The notes: generated from the letters alone by a model not told the origin. 64,000 bases of DNA from Candidatus Poribacteria bacterium (GCA_965214095.1 OZ243938.1:3104001-3168000); one strand, 5' to 3'. Counted from the stretch's first letter, positions 11,544 to 22,157 are shown. Made by a program: numbers and translations.

Positions 11544-12251
11544 TCACGCCGTGTCTATGATCCTTTCTTCATACCTTTGCAGTAAATCCTCTTCAGATAT
11601 TTCTTCTTTTTGTGCGATCTCTTCTAAATCTCCATTTATCATAAACAGAAATCTTGTTCCAACAAGATAACCCAACTCCGTATTATGCGTTGTGATGAGA
11701 ATACCTTTCCCATTTTCACGTTCTTGTGCAATACGTTTCTGAACAAACTGCTTCGCAGCCGCATCCAGTCCGGAGAAAGGTTCATCAAGTAACAGAATTG
11801 AAGGGTTATGTAGGAGGGCTCTGGCAATCATAAAACGTTGTGTCATGCCGCGTGAAAAGATATGAAGCGGTTCGTGAACAAAACGTTGCAATCCGACTTC
11901 ATCCAGAAGGGATTTACATCGGGTTTCAAAATGTTCAATTCCATACATCTGACCGAAAAACTTTAGATTCTCAAACGCAGATAATGTAGGATATGCTAAA
12001 TGATCATGAACAACAACACCCAACAAGTTTCGTGCTGCTGCGTAGTCTACAATTGCGTCATTCCCTTCAATCTCAAGTTCACCAGATGTCGGACGGAGGA
12101 GCGTGGCAAGTATTTTTATGAATGTGGTTTTACCTGCACCGTTGGGACCGAAAATTACAACTACTTCTCCAGAATTAATCGTTAGGTTTGCGTTTTTGAC
12201 TATCGCACGGTGTCCGAAGTGTTTTGAGATTTGGGAAGCACTCAAACGCAT
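11544..12251 (-). CDS. ccmA: Heme ABC exporter ATP-binding protein CcmA
   Basis: Walker A GPNGAGKTT, FSRGM signature, LLLDEP Walker B. Adjacent to ccmB. Confidence 0.88.
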   Translation of the reverse strand: MRLSASQISKHFGHRAIVKNANLTINSGEVVVIFGPNGAGKTTFIKILATLLRPTSGELEIEGNDAIVDYAAARNLLGVVVHDHLAYPTLSAFENLKFFGQMYGIEHFETRCKSLLDEVGLQRFVHEPLHIFSRGMTQRFMIARALLHNPSILLLDEPFSGLDAAAKQFVQKRIAQERENGKGILITTHNTELGYLVGTRFLFMINGDLEEIAQKEEISEEDLLQRYEERIIDTA

Positions 12252-12293
12252 AGTGTGTTGGAGAAATCTTTAGTTGATGAAACGCGTGAATAC

Positions 12294-12323
12294 AAAAAGA
12301 AAGGGCAGGTGTCATGCCTGCCC
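12294..12323 (-). terminator. Rho-independent terminator after korB
   Basis: GGGCAGG-N7-CCTGCCC hairpin (12303-12323) followed on the minus strand by TTTCTTTTT. Confidence 0.75.
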
Positions 12324-12336
12324 GTATCATTTCGCT

Positions 12337-13227
12337 TTACATCATACGTTGTATGATTGCATCTCCCTGTTCAGGTGTAACACCCATCGGTTGATGTGCC
12401 ATAGGTCCATTTTCTAAAACTGGTTCCATTTGATCTAATGATTGACTGTTGGTATCATGATAGAATAAGCCAAGTTGGGTATCATGTCCAGTTTTGATCG
12501 CTTGTTCAAGTGCAACTGCTTTGTCACTTGTATCGTGGTTTTCTAAGGAATTAACGCGTTCCTTCCAATAATCGAAAATCTCATCATCTTTCCAGGTTAT
12601 ACAAGGACTGATAACATCAATAAAAGCGAATCCTTTATGCTGCATCCCATTTAACATCAATTCTGTAAGTTCTTTTCGTTCGGAACTAAATGCTCTGGCG
12701 ACATAAGTAGCACCCGACACAATTGCTAAGGCAACAGGATTGAGAGGTGTTTCTATATTACCGTACGGTGTGCTATCGGTTTTCTCGTTGACTTGAGTGG
12801 TAGGTGAGGCTTGTCCAACGGTTAAGCCATAGGTTTCGTTGTTCATCACAATATAGAGTAGGTCAACATTTTTTCGCATCGTGTGTAGAAAATGGTTCCC
12901 ACCGATGCCGTATCCGTCTCCATCACCACCTGTTACGACGACATTCAATTCATGATTAGCCATTTTAGCCCCAGTTGCTACGGCAAGTGAACGTCCATGC
13001 AGGGTATGCATGCCGTAAGTTTTAATGAAGCCAGGTAGATTAGAGGAACACCCGATACCGCTCACAGTGAGATGATCATGATTACCACGACCGAGTTCTG
13101 CATAAGCGTTTTGCAATGCATTAAGCACACCGAAATCTCCGCAACCCGGACACCAATCTGGGTTGACATCACCTTTAAAATCTCGCGCAGTCGGTGCACC
13201 TTTGATAGGTCTTTCTTTTTTTGCCAT
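12337..13227 (-). CDS. korB: 2-oxoacid:ferredoxin oxidoreductase beta subunit
   Basis: WCPGCGD, SGIGCS, GGDGDG TPP-binding motif and ISPCIT. Start placed at ATG 13227 from AGGAGG spacing. Substrate (2-oxoglutarate or other) is not certain. Confidence 0.93.
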   Translation of the reverse strand: MAKKERPIKGAPTARDFKGDVNPDWCPGCGDFGVLNALQNAYAELGRGNHDHLTVSGIGCSSNLPGFIKTYGMHTLHGRSLAVATGAKMANHELNVVVTGGDGDGYGIGGNHFLHTMRKNVDLLYIVMNNETYGLTVGQASPTTQVNEKTDSTPYGNIETPLNPVALAIVSGATYVARAFSSERKELTELMLNGMQHKGFAFIDVISPCITWKDDEIFDYWKERVNSLENHDTSDKAVALEQAIKTGHDTQLGLFYHDTNSQSLDQMEPVLENGPMAHQPMGVTPEQGDAIIQRMM

Positions 13228-13244
13228 CTGATTCATCCTCCTTT

Positions 13245-15038
13245 TTAGACTACTATTTCCTGATATGGAACATAAAGTTCGGTTTTACCGATTAACAGTT
13301 CACGCACGCCGTCAGCGACGTGATGTGGCATAAACGGTTCACCATCATATTTGCGGATATGTCCATCTGCCTTAAAGCCTGTTTCCCCTCGTAAGAACCG
13401 AGCGAACTGTCCTGTGTAGTTGCATTCTACAATAATGGCGTGTCCTGATTTTGCTAACACTTCGTTTACAACATCTTCGTCAATTGGATATAGCCATTTG
13501 AATTGAATGTGGTTTGTCGTAATACCGTCGTCATTTAACATTTGTACTGCTTCGGTAATGACACCGTGTGTGGAACCCCATCCGATGAGTGTTACATCTG
13601 CATCTTCAGGTCCTTCAAGCGTTGGCGGGGGCAGGAGCTCAACAATACCTTCCATCTTCCGCTGTCTTTTTTCCATGATGTCACGACGTTTATGCGGGTT
13701 CGTAAATTCATCACTGATGAGACCGCCATCTTCATCATGGTCATCCGTAGCGACGACGTGCACGTGGCCAGGGGTACCAGGGATGGCACGTGGTGAAATA
13801 CCACTGTCAGTAATCTGATAACGCAAATATTCTTCGTCTGTTTGCCCGAGTTCAGTTATCATATCCCCACGGTCAATCTCTGGTTGCCAATTGATCTCAT
13901 CTGGTGCAAATGTTGTGTAACCTTCACCAAGCATAAGATCTGTGAGAACCATACCGGGGCATTGGAACTTATCAACAAGGTTGAATAGTTCTGGGATCGT
14001 GTTGAATCCGTCAATAATGCTTGTAGGAGCAACAACAATTTTTGGAAAATCTCCTTGACTTGCACCGAGTATCTGCCACAGATCTCCTTGTTCCGTTTTG
14101 GTAGGCAATCCCGTAGAAGGTCCACCGCGTTGGACGTTAATAACAACAATTGGAATTTCCATCATACCGGCACTGCCAATAGCTTCCGACATGAGTGCAA
14201 ATCCACCTCCGGAAGTCGCACACATTGCACGGCATCCAGCATGTGCGGCACCGACGACCATATTGATTACACTGATTTCATCTTCACATTGTCGTACCAT
14301 TATGCTCAGATCGCGAGCGTTTCTTGCCATCCAGCGTAGCACACCTGTTGATGGACTCATTGGGTAAGCAGCATAGAATTTGACACCTGCTGCTGCACCA
14401 CCCATTGCCATTAGCATATTGCCTTGACCGAATGCAAGTGGAGGCTCTTGTTTCTCCATTTTAGTATCAAATTGTGAGAAGTGTTCTGCAGCGTGATCAA
14501 AACCCGCTCTTGCGACTGAAATGTTCGCGTCCACGACATCCTGTCCTTTGCGTTTCAGAAGTGCTTCAATCAGAATCTCCTCAAGCGTTTCTAATTCCGT
14601 ACTCATCATCTGCAAACCAGCACCAAGTAAACATGTATTTAAACATGCTCTTTGTATTTTCCTGTCTTTGATTTCACTGGAGTATTCTTTGTAAGGAATA
14701 GAACACAACTGAATATCATCTCGTTCATACGTTTTTTTGACATCATCACCGTTATAGATAATCGCACCGCCGGGTTTGACGTGTGGAATATGTTTCTCCA
14801 AACTGTTTCTATCAAGGGCGATGATTAGGTCAATCTCGTCGCCGTGGTTGGCAACAGGTTCCGAACTAATTCTGATGGTAAGGAAGGTATGGCCTCCACG
14901 AATGAGGGATTGGTAAGCACTATAGGCAAAAACATGGAGACCATGCCGAGCACAGATTTGACTTAAGTTCTTTCCAGCAGTAGCTATACCTTGCCCGGGC
15001 GCTCCACCTATGGCGACTACAAAATCATACTTTGCCAT
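13245..15038 (-). CDS. korA: 2-oxoacid:acceptor oxidoreductase alpha subunit (gamma-alpha fusion)
   Basis: GGAPGQG, IRGGH, YPMSPS, EDEIS, ATSGGG and QRGGPSTGLPT. Start at MAKYDF. Confidence 0.93.
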   Translation of the reverse strand: MAKYDFVVAIGGAPGQGIATAGKNLSQICARHGLHVFAYSAYQSLIRGGHTFLTIRISSEPVANHGDEIDLIIALDRNSLEKHIPHVKPGGAIIYNGDDVKKTYERDDIQLCSIPYKEYSSEIKDRKIQRACLNTCLLGAGLQMMSTELETLEEILIEALLKRKGQDVVDANISVARAGFDHAAEHFSQFDTKMEKQEPPLAFGQGNMLMAMGGAAAGVKFYAAYPMSPSTGVLRWMARNARDLSIMVRQCEDEISVINMVVGAAHAGCRAMCATSGGGFALMSEAIGSAGMMEIPIVVINVQRGGPSTGLPTKTEQGDLWQILGASQGDFPKIVVAPTSIIDGFNTIPELFNLVDKFQCPGMVLTDLMLGEGYTTFAPDEINWQPEIDRGDMITELGQTDEEYLRYQITDSGISPRAIPGTPGHVHVVATDDHDEDGGLISDEFTNPHKRRDIMEKRQRKMEGIVELLPPPTLEGPEDADVTLIGWGSTHGVITEAVQMLNDDGITTNHIQFKWLYPIDEDVVNEVLAKSGHAIIVECNYTGQFARFLRGETGFKADGHIRKYDGEPFMPHHVADGVRELLIGKTELYVPYQEIVV

Positions 15039-15348
15039 CTTGGCTCCTTTCAAATTATAAGCAATTTGTTCACTATTACATATTTATTATTTCGCTTGCT
15101 CTCAACGAAGTTCGAAAATTTTCTTTATAAACAATCCTAATGTTTTCTTTTTGTAATTATATCATATTCAAATGCTGTTTTCAAGTTTTATTTATGACCA
15201 ACAGATGCCAACAATGTTCACTAAGATTTATCCATATAGAATTGAAGTGCTATATACCAACACCACCTATCATAGTGTTCCTATTCAAATCTGCAGTGGA
15301 CGGTTGCCACTGTGCTACCACAACTTTGTGCGGAATTCTTCCTGCTTC

Positions 15349-15957
15349 CTACAGTAAAGATTTTAGTGCTTCTTCTGCTTCTGGCGTTCCGATTTGGTCT
15401 AATGCAAATGCAACATGGTGCTTAACACGATCAGATTCATCATCAAGTGCTTTGATGAGTGCCGGTACTGCCTCTGCTGCAGCTTCACCCATTTTAGATA
15501 GTGCATAAGCGGAATAAGTTCGTACCTCGGCCGCTGGATCGTTCAAAGCTTGTATGAGCGCAGGTATCGTGCTAACCGCTGTAACTCCCATTCCACCGAA
15601 CGCGCGAACAGCATATTCTCGGAGTTCCTCGCTTGGTTTAGTAGTTAACATGTCAAGCAATGCAGGTATTGCGAGTTCACCAATACGGGTAAGTGTACTG
15701 CATATAACGAGGGCTTGGTGTCTTGGGGCATCCTCTATCTCATCAATAAGATTAGCTATTACTGGTTCACCGATCGCTGCCAAAACATCGCCAGCTTCAT
15801 CCGCAACATCAGATAGATTGTGTCCGAGTGCTTCAATCAATTGCGGTATGGCAGGTTCACCAATTTCAATCAATTCTGTCTTTGCATCTTCCCGCACATC
15901 GTCGTCAAACTCTTCTAAATCTTCAATTAACTCTGCTATGTGTTGTTCATCACTCAT
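15349..15957 (-). CDS. HEAT-repeat (PBS lyase-like) protein
   Basis: Repeated AIPxLIxAL-D----VR--AA-AL--IG units. Confidence 0.88.
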   Translation of the reverse strand: MSDEQHIAELIEDLEEFDDDVREDAKTELIEIGEPAIPQLIEALGHNLSDVADEAGDVLAAIGEPVIANLIDEIEDAPRHQALVICSTLTRIGELAIPALLDMLTTKPSEELREYAVRAFGGMGVTAVSTIPALIQALNDPAAEVRTYSAYALSKMGEAAAEAVPALIKALDDESDRVKHHVAFALDQIGTPEAEEALKSLL

Positions 15958-15991
15958 CCATTACAACCTTTTGTAAGATTTCCAACTTGTA

Positions 15992-17302
15992 TTAACTATC
16001 TATTCCACGTTCTTTCCGCTGATCAAGAATCTCCGACAAACGATCTGTTTGCTCCTTACGTAAACGGTTATAGACCCGTTCTGATATATCCTCTTTTTCA
16101 TGCATCGTATCAAGCATAGTAATTAATTCAAGTCGTGTATTGCGTGTATTTTCCAAATCAGTGTCATTAAGTTTACGAAGCCAACCAGAATCCATTTGGA
16201 TGGCATCTGTAGTATCGGAGTTGTCGGTTGAACGTTGTGTGCCACGGAGCGTGAAAATCGCTGCAACAAGAAAACCACCTGCTAAAGCAGCAGCAACGGC
16301 GATTAATACCATCTGTCCAATATTCGATTCTTGTGTTGCGAATGGTAAACCAGACACTGTAAAACTCAAATCCGGGGTTTCACCGGCTGTGAAACCTCCT
16401 TCAGGGGAGGCTACATATCTTGAATAGGTAACACCGTGAAACTGAGTAGGATTTTCCCGTTTAAATTGTTTTGAATTAGGACTAATATTGATACCTTGCG
16501 GAATAAGTAAAATAATTTCGTCTGTATGAACAGGTATCTGGCGAGATAATCTTAAATCAGGACCGTTTGCAAGAATACTATACCCAAATCCACCTTCAAT
16601 CTTACCTGTAGAAAGGGGTTCTGTTATAATAACCTGACCTTCGTCAGGATTAAATTTTAATGATGCTGGAGAAAACGGTTTAAACAGCGCATTCCCACTT
16701 GGAAGTGAAAAATGAAGACCTACCTCTTCGTCATTGAGTGTTGTCTGAAAAGGTAAAGTGTTCTTGTTTTCAACAACAAACACTTCAAAAATTGACAAGA
16801 TACCGACTCTTAGATGTAATGCAGATTCAAATCCGATGGCAATACTATATGTCTTAATACTGATCATTGAGGGATCATCTGCAATACCCCCGATATTAAT
16901 GTCTACATCAAGCTCAGGTACAAATGAAGATAACACCAAATCCTTTTCTTCGTGTTCAGTGTCATTGTAAGTCATAGTGATTGAATAATGCGTTTGCATA
17001 TCAATCGGCAGCTTCTCAAAATGATAGTGTCCATCTGCATCCGTCGTTGTTTCCTGTTTTGATGTATCTCCCGCTCTATGAATATTCAGTGTAACAGGAT
17101 GATTAGCAATAGGTTCACCTAATTTTCCATCAAAGAGTTCACCATGAATAACACCAGTATCATTTTGGGAATAGGTTGCAGGAAGGAATAAAATAGATGT
17201 CAGTGCTATGACCAATATACATCTAAAATAATAAACAGCATTCAAGCGACCTAAAATGCTGTATCTCTTTTTGATAAAGTTTGGTGTGTAATATATCTTC
17301 AT
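15992..17302 (-). CDS. Carboxypeptidase-regulatory-like domain membrane protein in the ccm cluster
   Basis: Signal or TM segment, GVIHG...TTTDADGHYHFEKL beta-sandwich motif, a C-terminal TM segment and a charged tail. The start may be later. Confidence 0.65.
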   Translation of the reverse strand: MKIYYTPNFIKKRYSILGRLNAVYYFRCILVIALTSILFLPATYSQNDTGVIHGELFDGKLGEPIANHPVTLNIHRAGDTSKQETTTDADGHYHFEKLPIDMQTHYSITMTYNDTEHEEKDLVLSSFVPELDVDINIGGIADDPSMISIKTYSIAIGFESALHLRVGILSIFEVFVVENKNTLPFQTTLNDEEVGLHFSLPSGNALFKPFSPASLKFNPDEGQVIITEPLSTGKIEGGFGYSILANGPDLRLSRQIPVHTDEIILLIPQGINISPNSKQFKRENPTQFHGVTYSRYVASPEGGFTAGETPDLSFTVSGLPFATQESNIGQMVLIAVAAALAGGFLVAAIFTLRGTQRSTDNSDTTDAIQMDSGWLRKLNDTDLENTRNTRLELITMLDTMHEKEDISERVYNRLRKEQTDRLSEILDQRKERGIDS

Positions 17303-17304
17303 TA

Positions 17305-17634
17305 TTAACTTTTTTGTTGTTTAAACCTTTCAATTTCAGCTTCTACATCTGTTTGAGCGGCGGCTTCCAGTTGACTTACAACTTGTGCTGTATCTTGCAT
17401 AAGAGCTGTACGCAATTCCTGATAATCCTCATCTGAGAGTTTTCCTGTTTCATAGTCTTCATCAAGGTCGGCTAAAGCAGAATAACACTGTTCACGTTCC
17501 AGATATAGCGTTTGCATGCGTGTTTCAGCTGGATCAACGTCCAGAATTGTATCTACACCTCTAATAAGAGGGAAGGCGATATAAACAAAAATCCCTATCC
17601 CCAAAATTAGAAGCCACAGAAAAACAATAGACAT
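17305..17634 (-). CDS. CcmI N-terminal-like small membrane protein
   Basis: TM segment followed by YSALADLDEDYETGKLSDEDYQELR, a CcmI-N-like motif. Located in the ccm cluster. Confidence 0.65.
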   Translation of the reverse strand: MSIVFLWLLILGIGIFVYIAFPLIRGVDTILDVDPAETRMQTLYLEREQCYSALADLDEDYETGKLSDEDYQELRTALMQDTAQVVSQLEAAAQTDVEAEIERFKQQKS

Positions 17635-17645
17635 TATTACATCAC

Positions 17646-18179
17646 CTAATTCTGGTTTTTGTATTTATCAAGTTCTGATTCAAGGTGCTGTTGCAATTCA
17701 TCAGAAATCTGCTTATCTGGTTGTGTCGTAACTTTGTTTCCACGCGAACGATGACGGATCCCAAAGATAACGCCACCAATCGCTATCAGAATCACCGCGG
17801 GCATCAGATAGGCAAGTATATTAACCCCTTCTGCTTTCATGACTGCATGAAATTGTGTGCCATACTGTTCTAAGTAGGCAGTCCGAATTTCCTCAACAGT
17901 TTTTCCTTCCAATAATCTATTGCGAAACATGGTTTCAATCCTCTGTGCTGTTTCACAAACACATGCTTTATTCGTTTCCCGGACACATCCACAGAAACAG
18001 TATGTTGTGGTTAGCAGTTCGTCTAATTGCTTTTCCAAATGCATCTCATCATCAGATGTAACACGCAACGTATTATCCGTTTCCTGTGCAATTGGAGATT
18101 TTGAAAAAAGAAATAAAATGACAATCACAAGTAGAGATGTGCATATCTTTATATAAGGATGCAGATTCAGGTCCTTCAT
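17646..18179 (-). CDS. ccmH: CcmH-like cytochrome c biogenesis protein (Cys-rich variant)
   Basis: Signal peptide, YCFCGC...CVC, GKTVEEIRTAYLEQYG and a TM segment with LAYLMP. Follows ccmF. Confidence 0.75.
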   Translation of the reverse strand: MKDLNLHPYIKICTSLLVIVILFLFSKSPIAQETDNTLRVTSDDEMHLEKQLDELLTTTYCFCGCVRETNKACVCETAQRIETMFRNRLLEGKTVEEIRTAYLEQYGTQFHAVMKAEGVNILAYLMPAVILIAIGGVIFGIRHRSRGNKVTTQPDKQISDELQQHLESELDKYKNQN

Positions 18180-18189
18180 TTGTATTCAC

Positions 18190-20373
18190 CTATACCGTTT
18201 GAGATCGTGGTGTGGTAATAGACTTCTCGGCTATTGCTACTAGTCCGCCTATCACCATTACAGCAACACCGATCCAGACAACACTGATGAGGGGATTATG
18301 GTAGATAGATAGGCTTACATCAGTTTCACTATCTATTTTCTCTGGCATAGACATTTTGCCACCAAGAATTTCCTTAGTTGGCAAAGGTCCAAGGGCAATA
18401 TAGATATCATTCATACCTTGATGTTGTATTGCGGACTCAATCGTATCTTGCTCTCCTTGTCCTGTAGTATAATAGTAGTGGCGTGAGGGTCTCATCGTTC
18501 TTGGTTTCCCACCATTCCTTCTAACTTCAAATTCAACGCCGGATCGTATAAAATTGTCATGTTCTTCCAAAAACGAATCCTTCATCGTAAATTGATAATC
18601 ACCTACATTCATCGATTCACCAAGTTTGAGCCTACCGTTTTCAAGCAAAAAATACCCTTTAGATCCCATTATACCTATGTAGAGAATTACTATACCGATA
18701 TGAACAATGTAACCACCATATCTCCGTTTATTACGTTGAATGAGAAGTCCTAACCCGTTTAGGAAAGATGTTGCTTGCCGTTTAGAACGAAGTTTCGCAC
18801 CACGATAAAATTCACTAAAGATTGCAACAAGTACAAACACACTTGCTAAAACACAAAGTATTGAAAAGATAGGCATCGGTTGACCGCTGAAAGTAATGAA
18901 GTCCCATACACGTGTTAATAAATTAGGCATCGCAACTTCGGCCGCTTCAGCAGATATCTCTGCAGCAGCCTTAGCATGTGCTCTGAAAATGAGAAATAAC
19001 CAAGCAACTACTCCGCCTATCACACCGAGGAATAGTGGAGATTTGAACATACGTTGAAAATTGTTTGGTGTAATCTTTTTCCACGAAATTATGGGACCAG
19101 CACCCGTCAAGAAGAGAAGTATCAATCCTGGAATAATGACAACTTTGTTGAAGAATGATTCGGGGACTGCGGCTTTATCCCCTTGTATCGCTTCAGAGAT
19201 AATCGGCCACAACGTTCCCCATAGGATAATCAATGTCAATCCTACAAATAGCCAATTGTTAAGGACAAATGCACTTTCTTTGGAAAGAAGGGATTCAAGT
19301 CTGTTAGCACTTTTAAGACGTTGCCAACGGTAAGCAATAAGCGCGATAACACCGCCGGTTGAAATGATGATAAAACCCATAAAATACCAACCGATATCTG
19401 ATTGGGCAAATGCATGAACCGATGTAATAATACCACTACGTGTGATAAATGTACCTAATAAGGTAAATTGGAAGGCTAAGGTAATCAGGAGGATATTCCA
19501 CAGTTTGAGCATGTTCCGCTTTTCTTGAATCATTACAGAATGTAGGTAAGCGGTGCCAAGAAGCCACGGCATGAAAGAGGCATTTTCAACTGGATCCCAT
19601 GCCCAGTAACCACCCCATCCGAGTTCTCTATATGCCCAATTTCCTCCCAGTGTAATACCGACAGTCAAAACAATCCAAGAGAACAACATCCATCTACGAG
19701 AACGGTGTATCCAATCGCTGCCGATTCTTCCAGACAGGAGTGCAGCTACAGCAAAAGCAAAAGGAATTGTTAAACTTATCCAACCAATATACAACGTCGG
19801 GGGATGAAACGCCATGCTGGGAGTCTGTAAAAGCGGATTCATGCCTTGACCGTCAACCATTACCTGTCCACCAGGAAATCTGTCAAGCGGGTTATAAACG
19901 CCTTCAATCCATCCGGTAACAACCATAACGAAAAACAGTTGGACAACTGCAATGGGAATCAGTGCGTAATCGGCAAGGTTATCCGCCGCTTTTCTGTTCT
20001 GCCAAACTACGATAGCACCACCGACAGTAAGCAGCCAGAGCCAGAATAGGAGAGAGCCAGACATTCTGCCCCAAAGCGCAGTTATTTTATAAAAGAGGGG
20101 TTGTGCGGCACTGGATACCTCAACGACATACTTCATTGAGAAATCATCCGTCACAAAACTGAAGATTAATGCCCCTGTGGCGATACTGATGAGAATGAAA
20201 GTTGCAACGACAGCGTTTCGTCCACTCTTGATTATGTTCGGTTTTCTTCCGCGTAATCCTATAGAGAGTGAAACAATTGCCCACAATGCAGAGAATATGG
20301 AAAGGAAGATCGCAGCTTGACCGAGTTCGGCTGCAATACTTTGTATACCACCTACAAGTGTGTCCATAAACAT
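18190..20373 (-). CDS. ccmF: Heme lyase CcmF/NrfE
   Basis: WWD-type motif LGWGGYWAWDPVENAS, HPPTLY and TSVHAFA. Confidence 0.96.
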   Translation of the reverse strand: MFMDTLVGGIQSIAAELGQAAIFLSIFSALWAIVSLSIGLRGRKPNIIKSGRNAVVATFILISIATGALIFSFVTDDFSMKYVVEVSSAAQPLFYKITALWGRMSGSLLFWLWLLTVGGAIVVWQNRKAADNLADYALIPIAVVQLFFVMVVTGWIEGVYNPLDRFPGGQVMVDGQGMNPLLQTPSMAFHPPTLYIGWISLTIPFAFAVAALLSGRIGSDWIHRSRRWMLFSWIVLTVGITLGGNWAYRELGWGGYWAWDPVENASFMPWLLGTAYLHSVMIQEKRNMLKLWNILLITLAFQFTLLGTFITRSGIITSVHAFAQSDIGWYFMGFIIISTGGVIALIAYRWQRLKSANRLESLLSKESAFVLNNWLFVGLTLIILWGTLWPIISEAIQGDKAAVPESFFNKVVIIPGLILLFLTGAGPIISWKKITPNNFQRMFKSPLFLGVIGGVVAWLFLIFRAHAKAAAEISAEAAEVAMPNLLTRVWDFITFSGQPMPIFSILCVLASVFVLVAIFSEFYRGAKLRSKRQATSFLNGLGLLIQRNKRRYGGYIVHIGIVILYIGIMGSKGYFLLENGRLKLGESMNVGDYQFTMKDSFLEEHDNFIRSGVEFEVRRNGGKPRTMRPSRHYYYTTGQGEQDTIESAIQHQGMNDIYIALGPLPTKEILGGKMSMPEKIDSETDVSLSIYHNPLISVVWIGVAVMVIGGLVAIAEKSITTPRSQTV

Positions 20374-20416
20374 TCTGCTCCTCTACTTCTCTGACTGTGA
20401 TACGGCAAAATAGGCT

Positions 20417-20866
20417 TTAATACGACCCTTCAGTCGTTTTGGCACTTTCAGCCTCTTCATATTTGGAAGCACACTTCGTGGTTACCTTATTGGCAATTAT
20501 TACGTTCTGTTTCGCATCGTATTTGCCTTCAACAAAAACATTGCCGCCATCAATGAAGTTATCGGGTTTAAGCTTGTTATAAATCACGTTGACTGTCTCG
20601 GTGTCTTCAATCTTTGTTTCAGTTTCTTCAAGTTCACGCACAGCAAAGGTTAACTTAAATTCGTCTGCATTCCATTTAGTGCTCTCTTCAGAGATGGCAC
20701 CAACAAGCTGCACATTTTGATTATCCATAGTTTCAGCATTGGCAATAAGTTTCACAGGTGTCAACTCCCGCATACTCTCTTTTTTTGTCATCGCTAATAC
20801 TAAAATCACGAAACCGCTGAGCAAAATAAGACTGGCTGCAAATACTTTTAGTCTTCTCTGTTTCAT
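20417..20866 (-). CDS. ccmE: Heme chaperone CcmE, CxxxY variant
   Basis: N-terminal TM segment, KPDNF, VFVEG and TKCASKY. Start at MKQRR after AGGAGG. Confidence 0.9.
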   Translation of the reverse strand: MKQRRLKVFAASLILLSGFVILVLAMTKKESMRELTPVKLIANAETMDNQNVQLVGAISEESTKWNADEFKLTFAVRELEETETKIEDTETVNVIYNKLKPDNFIDGGNVFVEGKYDAKQNVIIANKVTTKCASKYEEAESAKTTEGSY

Positions 20867-21129
20867 GTGTTCATCCTCCTTGACATTACAAGTCTTTGAA
20901 AACACTCTCACCCAATAGACATGGGATACGTGTATAGAAATCTCCTTGTCTCTACTTTTGTCATTGAAACCAGTAAATCGGATGGGAATAAGTTCATTCT
21001 CCTTAAATAATACTTGACTTTGTATTTAAAATCAAGGTAAAATAGATTCAAATTGAACTGTATTACGGAATTCCGTGTATATCCAAATATGAATCATTTC
21101 AGATTTACAGCTTTTCATAAAAAAAACAT

Positions 21130-21161
21130 GTTCGTAGTCGCGCAATTCCTTGTGCCTCTTA
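21130..21161 (+). repeat. GTAG-type REP (family B, copy 1)
   Basis: GTTCGTAGTCGCGCAATTCCTTGTGCCTCTTA, also found at 42441 and 49331. Confidence 0.75.
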
Positions 21162-21209
21162 TATTGACCATATTCCCCATCTCAGATAAAGAGAGGTCTA
21201 GTATTACCC

Positions 21210-22157
21210 ATGAATTTTAATTGGCAGCATCACCCATGGGCAGGTGTATTCCCCGCAACCCTATGCCCTTTCCATTCAGATGAATCGATTGACGAAGAAG
21301 GTTTACGTCAGTATATGCAGGAACTTGCCAGTGTTGATGGCATAAAAGGTGTTGTCTGTAATGGACACACAGGTGAAATCATGTCCCTGCGTTTGCAGGA
21401 AAGACAACGTGTCACACAAATCACAGCAGAAGCAGTTGGTGATAAGGTTAAGGTTGTTTCTGGTATTAGTGCGGAAGGAAGTCTACCTGCAATTGACGAT
21501 GCACTCGCAGCGAAAGAAGCAGGTGCAGATGCAATTCTACTGATGCCTGCACATCACTGGTTGCGTTTCGGTAGAACACCTGAAACCGCAGTCGGCTATT
21601 TCCAAGATGTCGCAGAGGGCGCGGACATACCTATTATTGTGCATCAATATCCTGCTTGGACAAAAACTGGATATAGTCTTGAAGAGATGTCAGAGATGGT
21701 GAAAATCCCGCAAGTTGTCTGTATTAAAATGGGTACTCGTGATATGGCACGTTGGCGGTGGGATTATGAACAACTTAAAGAGGCTGCTCCTGAAGTGCCA
21801 ATCTTAACCTGCCATGATGAATATCTACTCGCTTCCCTATTAGAAGGTAGCGATGGTGCGCTTATCGGATTTGCAGGTTTTGTTCCCGAATTGATGGTGG
21901 CAGTAGTCCACGCCGCACTCAACAATGATTTGATAGGAGCACGTAAGGCACGTAATCAGGTTGATACATTGGCTCGGATTGTCTACAATTTCGGTGAACC
22001 GAGTAGTGATGCACATCAACGTATGAAATGTGCTAGATGGTTGATGGGCAGATTCCCATCAATGACCATGCGTCGCCCCTTGCGTCAATTGTTCACTTCT
22101 GAAATAGATAAAATTCGAAATGAGTTGGAGTCGGTTGGGTATCAATGTATTAACTAA
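21210..22157 (+). CDS. Dihydrodipicolinate synthase/N-acetylneuraminate lyase family aldolase
   Basis: GVFPATLCPF, NGHTGE and Schiff-base Lys in CIKMG. Divergent, probably not DapA. Confidence 0.88.
   Translation: MNFNWQHHPWAGVFPATLCPFHSDESIDEEGLRQYMQELASVDGIKGVVCNGHTGEIMSLRLQERQRVTQITAEAVGDKVKVVSGISAEGSLPAIDDALAAKEAGADAILLMPAHHWLRFGRTPETAVGYFQDVAEGADIPIIVHQYPAWTKTGYSLEEMSEMVKIPQVVCIKMGTRDMARWRWDYEQLKEAAPEVPILTCHDEYLLASLLEGSDGALIGFAGFVPELMVAVVHAALNNDLIGARKARNQVDTLARIVYNFGEPSSDAHQRMKCARWLMGRFPSMTMRRPLRQLFTSEIDKIRNELESVGYQCIN

Noticed and set aside
20908-20997. 29-codon ORF upstream of ccmE as a possible ccmD or leader peptide
   Set aside because: No TM helix, and the SD-like sequence is only 1 nt from the ATG.
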